DNA of 64,000 nucleotides from a virus (taxonomy: Duplodnaviria > Caudoviricetes), in the IMG/VR virus record IMGVR_UViG_3300031992_000042, positions 32,001-96,000 of that record; one strand, given 5' to 3'. The notes beneath the pieces were generated by a model that did not search any database, was not told the DNA's origin, and saw only the letters and a program-made list of their open reading frames with translations. Positions 58,141-64,000 of this stretch are shown in pieces; position 1 is the stretch's first letter, and each line of letters starts with the position of its first letter. A program made the translations under genes and the position numbers.

Positions 58141-58215
58141 CAATACTTTGTATTCAGTTTGTTAAATAGTTAGGTACCTAACTTTGAAGACTTTCTAAGT
58201 TTGGTATAAGGGGAG

Positions 58216-58710
58216 AGAGTTAAGAAAGGAAGGAAGTGCTCCTGTTTTTCTCTCTCTTTAACATGTCTCGATGTTACGCATACGTGCAGCGGTTAGTAGA
58301 GACTTCTGCCCGAAAGGGCAGAATTATATGAGGCTGACAAGTTCACGGCTTGAAAGTCTCTTGCAGTTTGCCAGAACTCATCTGGTGTAGAATATGCTTT
58401 AAAGCGCTTACCGCGTTTAAAGACACCCGTGAGTGTCTAACGCGGTATTTTGCTCTGCTGCGTAAAAGCTTAATGACAGGCTCGCCACCTGTCGGAGTAA
58501 CAACAAAAGACAGTTATACTGTGTCAGATCTTTCCTGATATCTAGATAGTTCGACTAATCATCGGACTACACCTACACATTTTTCCTTTCTGTATGTTCT
58601 GGATAGGTTCTGCTGACAACATAGGATGAACTTTCTCCCCGAGGTTTATCCTATTATGCGGTACTTGCGTAAAGGTTAAATGCAACCTCGCCTGTTGCAG
58701 CCGCCAATTT
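58216..58710 (+). ncRNA. Candidate large structured RNA or 5' leader of RNAP copy 2
   Basis: Starts just after the 58168 promoter; closing stem AGAAAGGA/TCCTTTCT; several GC-rich hairpins. Confidence 0.45.
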
Positions 58711-58992
58711 AATAAAATGAAAGCACCATATAAAGACCTGCATCATATGACGATACTGGTGCTGCAGCAAGTTCACTCGTATTCTTTAAACAAACAGGAT
58801 GTAAGAATGCCCCATGTTGATTTAGAGACCACCAGATACGAGACTTATTGCTGTTGGAGCTGTTTATTATTACGGGTTGGGTTCGTATACCGACATAAAC
58901 AGCTCCTATTTTTTATTACAGAATTAGTAAATCTATCCTTTTGGATTAAATATACGTATCTTAAAAACAACAAAATGAAAGGGGGCCGCGAG

Positions 58993-61830
58993 ATGTCTGT
59001 AAAGACATACTTGCAAGAACAGATTCGTCTTGTATCTTTGTTAAGTAAAGACTTATACACAGATGAAGAAATGATTCTGTACAAAAAAATAATCGATCAG
59101 AAAAATATCCTAGATCTGATGGATGAGAAAGGAGCAGAAAAAGAAGAACGCAAAGCTGTAATCAACGAGAAAAATAAACTAAAAACACAGCTTGATAAGC
59201 TTATTCTTTCTCATGCAGATACGCCAAGAACTGTGAACTTAAAGTCTGTCATCTATTATCCCAAAGATGCAGACTATCCTTTTCCCGAAGGAGTAACTTA
59301 TCGAAGTTTAAAAACAAATAAAAAAATAGCTGAGTTTTGTTGCGAATTATCCCGCGCAATGGGACTTGAAAATTTAGACTGTACTCTTGATTTAATTGTA
59401 ATCAAATGGAAAAACATAGAGATTTTAAGACAACTAGTAGTTAATGGATTTTATATGCCAATTCTGAATAAAGATGGCACAGTAGAAAATAGACACTATC
59501 ATTTTTATACAGCCAGCAGCGGTCAGTTAAGGCGTGATAAGTTCATGGCAATATCTGACAGCACATGGAATAAAATTCATAATAAACTTGAATGCGGTAT
59601 TACTTGGGATGTTATCAACGCAAAAGGCGGGATAAACTCAAATAAGTTAAGTGCTTATGATGCGCTTCAAAATTCTGCAACTGAAGTATGGGAAGATTTT
59701 AATATAGATTCTGTAATTGTAGTCGATGATTATGAAGGCGAAGTTACTGATAGAATGATTTATATTAAACCTGATTATACGTTTGAAAAAGGAATACGTA
59801 CAGTAAAGATAACACATACAGACGGATGTGGAATGATGCTCCCTGAAATATCTGATTCGAATTTTATGATCAGAATACCGTATGGAAAAGGCTTATTAAT
59901 AGTATTTGACTTTATAAGATTCTGCAAAGAACATAATGTAGAACCTATAGTAACTGATATATATGGCAAACAATGGCATCTAATAAACGATAATATTAAA
60001 ATAATTCTGTTTAAAAGTATGTTTAAACTTTGGAAATATTTTAATAACTGGCAAGAGTATAAAGATGAATTCAAGAAGAACGAATGCCATTGCGGAAAAA
60101 CTAACTATGAAGAAGAATTCTTAGCAAATAAAACATTAAATTATCAAATGATAGATACGTTAACAGATTTTACGGATGAAGAAATTAAACAGTTTACAGA
60201 AAAAGAACATGAACGTATCGTTAAGCTCACAAAAGATAAAGATGCAATGCTTGACGTGTTGAAAGCAAATGAAAAAAGTGAGCAACCATATAAGGTTGCT
60301 CTTAAAATTTATCCAGAACTTTTACGTGAAGCTTATGCTCGACAATCTTTAATTGATATTCGTAAGCGAATGTTATTGGATGCTAAATCTGGAAAAATAA
60401 GGAGTTTAAATAAACGTTTATTTGCTTGTCCAGATCTATATGGCGTTTGTGAATGGCTGTTTTTACATGATGAACATCCTAAAGGATTACTAAAAAACGG
60501 AGAAGTTGCATGTAAAATATTTAGACGGCATGAAAAAGTAGACGTGCTTCGAAGTCCACATTTAGCGATGGAACATGGCGTACGAAATATCGTACAGAAT
60601 CAAAAAGTCTATGATTGGTTCTGTACAAATGGATTATATAGCTCGTTGCATGATTTATTAAGCAGATTGTTGCAATGCGACTGGGACGGGGATCAGCTGA
60701 ATGTTGTAGCCGATCCTTTATTTGTCGAAATTGCAGAAAGAAACATCAAGAAATATGACGTTGTACCGTTGTTTTACGAGATGGACAAGGCTCCGGCTGA
60801 AATAATAGACAGTAATACTATGTTCAACGCTTTAAAAAGAGCTCATGACTATTCTGCTGGAGAAATAACAAGTATAGGCGAGATATCTAATATGTTGACT
60901 CGTCTTTGGAATAAAGAAAATCCAGATAGAGATGTTGCTAATCTGCTTACAATGTTCAACAATTTAGTGATTGACGCAGCTAAGAACGGAAAAATAAACC
61001 ATTATAAGAATTATCCAAAGATAGCGAAAAGAATTGGCAAAGCTACCGGAGGTAAAAATGGTCGCATGCCTTACTGGTTTCAATTCTCAAAAAATGGCAG
61101 AAAAGATACGCCAGAAAATAGAAACCGTAAATATGCAGAACCCAATAATTCAACGATGAACCGAATATGTAAAGCATTTGACGATATTGGATATATAAAT
61201 CTAAACTATGCTGGCATTTCTCAGTTCAATTATCAAATGCTTATGTCTGCTCCATGCTATGATTCAAAACCTGAAATTTATCAGTTATTTTGCGAGCTTG
61301 ATAACTCGAATAAATCAAGTATTATTGCTTCGCAAGAAAATACTTATGCTTCAGAGAAGCAACTGATAAATAATTATAGTATAGTAGCGGAAGACATTAC
61401 AAACGAGATCATTCAAAGATATGGTTCATTGGAATATGCCTATCCATATATAGTAAAGTATCTTTTTGCAGGAGAAGGCATGGACAAATCTGCGCATAAA
61501 CAAATGTTCTGGCGTGTGTTTGGAGAAATTGCATTAAATAATCTTCGCAAGAATTTATCAGAATGTGATACGTGTAAAGATTGTTTTATAAAAATACCAG
61601 CATGGGTAGAAGACCATAACTGTATAAAAAATACAAAAGGTTTTTATGAATGCATAGACTGTCATGTTTTATGTGAACGAACTAATCCGAAGCAATGTCG
61701 TTGTACAGAATGCCAATCTGTGTATAAAACATTACAAAGACGGATAAAGCAAAGAGCCAAAAGAGAATTAAAGAAAGTAATTGAAGAACAACGTATTACG
61801 TCCTTGGGATCGTTCTTGAACAAGACGTAA
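58993..61830 (+). CDS. Single-chain two-barrel RNA polymerase (YonO-like), copy 2, with C-terminal Zn ribbons
   Basis: TASSGQLR, HTDGCGM...FMIR...KG, VLRSPHL, catalytic CDWDGD, IDAAK; C-terminal CxxC motifs. Confidence 0.9.
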   Translation: MSVKTYLQEQIRLVSLLSKDLYTDEEMILYKKIIDQKNILDLMDEKGAEKEERKAVINEKNKLKTQLDKLILSHADTPRTVNLKSVIYYPKDADYPFPEGVTYRSLKTNKKIAEFCCELSRAMGLENLDCTLDLIVIKWKNIEILRQLVVNGFYMPILNKDGTVENRHYHFYTASSGQLRRDKFMAISDSTWNKIHNKLECGITWDVINAKGGINSNKLSAYDALQNSATEVWEDFNIDSVIVVDDYEGEVTDRMIYIKPDYTFEKGIRTVKITHTDGCGMMLPEISDSNFMIRIPYGKGLLIVFDFIRFCKEHNVEPIVTDIYGKQWHLINDNIKIILFKSMFKLWKYFNNWQEYKDEFKKNECHCGKTNYEEEFLANKTLNYQMIDTLTDFTDEEIKQFTEKEHERIVKLTKDKDAMLDVLKANEKSEQPYKVALKIYPELLREAYARQSLIDIRKRMLLDAKSGKIRSLNKRLFACPDLYGVCEWLFLHDEHPKGLLKNGEVACKIFRRHEKVDVLRSPHLAMEHGVRNIVQNQKVYDWFCTNGLYSSLHDLLSRLLQCDWDGDQLNVVADPLFVEIAERNIKKYDVVPLFYEMDKAPAEIIDSNTMFNALKRAHDYSAGEITSIGEISNMLTRLWNKENPDRDVANLLTMFNNLVIDAAKNGKINHYKNYPKIAKRIGKATGGKNGRMPYWFQFSKNGRKDTPENRNRKYAEPNNSTMNRICKAFDDIGYINLNYAGISQFNYQMLMSAPCYDSKPEIYQLFCELDNSNKSSIIASQENTYASEKQLINNYSIVAEDITNEIIQRYGSLEYAYPYIVKYLFAGEGMDKSAHKQMFWRVFGEIALNNLRKNLSECDTCKDCFIKIPAWVEDHNCIKNTKGFYECIDCHVLCERTNPKQCRCTECQSVYKTLQRRIKQRAKRELKKVIEEQRITSLGSFLNKT

Positions 61831-61904
61831 AGAACGGTTCTTTTATACCTTCTTGGCTTCTTTGCAAAGCAAATACTACATCAGAACAGCGTTCTGGATG
61901 GAGA

Positions 61905-62288
61905 ATGGTCAGGCAATACAAAAAAACAAAATTCAATTTATCAAAATTACTTGTAACATCTTTATATGGTCATGAAGATATGCTTGATTATTTTTCTGAT
62001 TTTAGAACACAAGACAAGATGGGCGGCGTTCACTATTATCCTAAAGGAGCTCTGTGCTGGTTTGAAACAAACCAGTACGGAGATCTTTTAAATTCAGTAT
62101 ATCTTGTACGACTTATACCTGATATGAAAATGGTCGAATTACCAATGGCACAACGAGGTTTAAGACGATTAAAAGCACAACAAAATAAAAAGAAAACATT
62201 AAATGAAATACTAACAAAAGAAAAAAACGATACAGAAATAATAGAAACAATAAAGCCAAAATTACATAAGTGGAAAGAAGGAGAATAA
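61905..62288 (+). CDS. Hypothetical protein (true start may lie upstream)
   Basis: ORF in the operon. Confidence 0.5.
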   Translation: MVRQYKKTKFNLSKLLVTSLYGHEDMLDYFSDFRTQDKMGGVHYYPKGALCWFETNQYGDLLNSVYLVRLIPDMKMVELPMAQRGLRRLKAQQNKKKTLNEILTKEKNDTEIIETIKPKLHKWKEGE

Positions 62289-62291
62289 AAG

Positions 62292-63020
62292 ATGGCTCCA
62301 CGCAAAAGTACAGAAACAGAAGCAAAAGAAAACCCTCAGATTCATACAAACATGCGTTTCTATGGACAGGTTCAAGATACTCCGCAAGAAGCACGCAAAG
62401 AAATTGGAGCAGGTCGTTTAAAAGGTTATACAGATATCAATCCGATGTGGCGTATTAAACGTCTCACCGAAGTATTTGGTCCAGCTGGTTTTGGCTGGTG
62501 GACGCAAAATGAAAAGTTCACGTTTGAAGAATGTAAGACAGGAGAAACAGCTGTATTCTGCACATTAGAATTAATTGTTGTAGATCCTGAGACAAAGGAA
62601 TCGTCTCATCCTATTACGGGCGTTGGCGGTAATAAGTTTGTCGCGAACGAAAAGAATGGTCCATATTGCAATGATGAAGCCATGAAGATGGCATATACAG
62701 ATGCTTTATCTATTGCTTGCAAAGCTCTTGGTTTCTCTCATGATATTTACTTCTCTAAAGATAGAACTAAATATTCTTTGGCGGAAGATGAAGCAAGAGA
62801 AGAAGGACCGTCTGCTGAGGAATTTCAGGCAATAACTGCTCGCATCCAGAAAGGTATTACAAAAGTAACAGCTAACATGGATAAAGAAGCAAAAGATCAG
62901 TTTACACAGAATGTCGTTGTAAAACATATTGGCGCTGTTAATTATATGACATGCAAAGATATGAATAAACTAAATGCTTTATTGGAAGAACTTCTGACAA
63001 TGGCAAAGAAATCTGCTTAA
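62292..63020 (+). CDS. Rad52/Sak-like single-strand annealing protein
   Basis: DINPMWRIKRLTEVFGPAGFGW...G.GG...DEA.KMAYTDALS.A.K.LG...DIY. Confidence 0.75.
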   Translation: MAPRKSTETEAKENPQIHTNMRFYGQVQDTPQEARKEIGAGRLKGYTDINPMWRIKRLTEVFGPAGFGWWTQNEKFTFEECKTGETAVFCTLELIVVDPETKESSHPITGVGGNKFVANEKNGPYCNDEAMKMAYTDALSIACKALGFSHDIYFSKDRTKYSLAEDEAREEGPSAEEFQAITARIQKGITKVTANMDKEAKDQFTQNVVVKHIGAVNYMTCKDMNKLNALLEELLTMAKKSA

Positions 63021-63178
63021 GCTATACCACCAGTTTAAGCAGTGACTTTACGCATTGACTTGAAACTGGTGTTAGTACTTTCTGAGCATCTTCAGAAAGT
63101 TTAATTTCACTAGGGTACCAAATGTGAAGTTAATAAAAATAAAAAGATGCAAATATGTACAAAAAAGGTGGTAAACGT

Positions 63179-63562
63179 ATGCCAAACTATGCAAAGGTAG
63201 CGCTTACGGGACGATTAACTCGTGAGCCAAGGAACGGCGAATACAATGGATCGACTGTGATTTCATTTAGTGTTGCTGTTTACACAACCAAAAAAGTTGA
63301 CGACAAATATGTTGCTGACTTTTACAATGTAAGTTACTGGGGCAAAGCAGCCGAAGCTGTTTATCCGAAGCTTGCACAAGGAACGCTTGTTCAGGTATAT
63401 GGCGATCTGTATCAGGAAGATTATACCGATAAACAAGGCAATAAGAAACAAGGTATGTCTGTTCGTGCCAGTGAAGTCATTAAGCTGAAAGATCCTGAAG
63501 AAAATAAGGAAACTAAGCCAAAGGCTAAACCGAAAGCAGTCGAAGAAGACGACCCATTCTAA
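63179..63562 (+). CDS. ssb: Single-stranded DNA-binding protein, copy 2
   Basis: LTGRLTREP...FSVAV...F.NV..WGK.AE...G..V.V.G; tip EDDPF. Confidence 0.9.
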   Translation: MPNYAKVALTGRLTREPRNGEYNGSTVISFSVAVYTTKKVDDKYVADFYNVSYWGKAAEAVYPKLAQGTLVQVYGDLYQEDYTDKQGNKKQGMSVRASEVIKLKDPEENKETKPKAKPKAVEEDDPF

Positions 63563-63839
63563 TCAACTAAATAATTTAAGTCATGAACTGCAAACATGTA
63601 TAAATAACTTTATATAATGTTGCTCTGTTAATGTTATTAATAGAATCATGAAAATAAAAGTGAACGGACATCCCGGCTCTCGCTGCCCAACGGCAGCGAG
63701 CCGGATGTCCTACTTTTACAGCTCTCAACGCTAGTGAGCTGTAAAAGTTAAAACACTATGTGTTTAGATGACTTATCAAAAATAAAAAGCAATAAATAAA
63801 AGTACAGAAAAGAAATAAAAAGTGAGAGGTGTAATCACA

Positions 63840-64000
63840 ATGGATAGTACCAGCAATGCTGTCATCGAACTGGCAGAGAAACATCTTGGTAGTTTTAGAA
63901 TTAAGAATGGACAGGTAATTGCAGAATATTGTCCGTTTTGCGGTGGTCACGAGCATGATAAAGAAACATTTGCAGTAGGGCTTTCAAATGGTCTGTGGCA
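63840..64000 (+). CDS. Primase or primase-helicase N-terminal Zn-binding domain (partial)
   Basis: GAGGTG RBS; MDSTS...YCPFCGG.....TFAV...NGLW; follows SSB and the annealase. Confidence 0.65.
   Translation, partial: MDSTSNAVIELAEKHLGSFRIKNGQVIAEYCPFCGGHEHDKETFAVGLSNGLW

Larger units (their letters stand above)
38619..58213 (+). promoter_or_regulatory. Four copies of a palindrome-plus-promoter element at 38619, 49066, 49123 and 58168
   Basis: AGTT(A/C)GGTACC(T/G)AA..TTGA...CTTTCTAAG....(T/C)ATAA.GG conserved over about 46 bp; the 58168 copy has the perfect palindrome AGTTAGGTACCTAACT. Confidence 0.75.

Noticed and set aside
58717-58992. N-terminal extension of RNAP copy 2
   Set aside because: Composition is unlike the rest of the protein; the RBS-like AAAGGGGG precedes ATG 58993
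60859-60873. Gapped match of array unit 6 (GG,GA,AT,AC,AG) to RNAP copy 2 as a self-target
   Set aside because: Only 5 of 10 dinucleotides match; such 10-nt matches are expected by chance across 13 units and 64 kb

Overview
This window is 64 kb of a large, AT-rich tailed phage genome, probably a long-tailed siphovirus of Bacillota/Clostridia, with an SPbeta-like gene layout. The left half (1-30.5 kb, minus strand) is the virion module: terminase, portal, protease/scaffold, major capsid, head-tail proteins, a tail tube gene split by a group I intron, a -1 frameshifted tail chaperone and a 4682-aa tape measure protein that appears to carry an N-terminal two-barrel RNA polymerase domain. The right half (30.9-64 kb, plus strand) holds early and middle genes. 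These include two further YonO-like RNA polymerases, RNase HI, two SSBs, a Rad52-like annealase, the start of a primase, and macro and NADAR-SLOG ADP-ribose erasers. It also holds a tRNA/ncRNA cluster (with an intron-containing tRNA-Leu(UAA) and a tRNA-Ile(UAU)), a Ubl-E2-JAB-E1 ubiquitin-like operon and a retron-like reverse transcriptase flanked by repeated ncRNA-like units. The most striking feature is at 45.4-47.8 kb: a lone Cas7/RAMP-like gene and an accessory gene followed by a 13-unit non-CRISPR array. Each unit is GGCA plus 8-12 pentamers of the form G-x-x-N-N, which suggests an RNA-guided system that uses a periodic, gapped code. All calls come from motifs read by eye; no searches were run.
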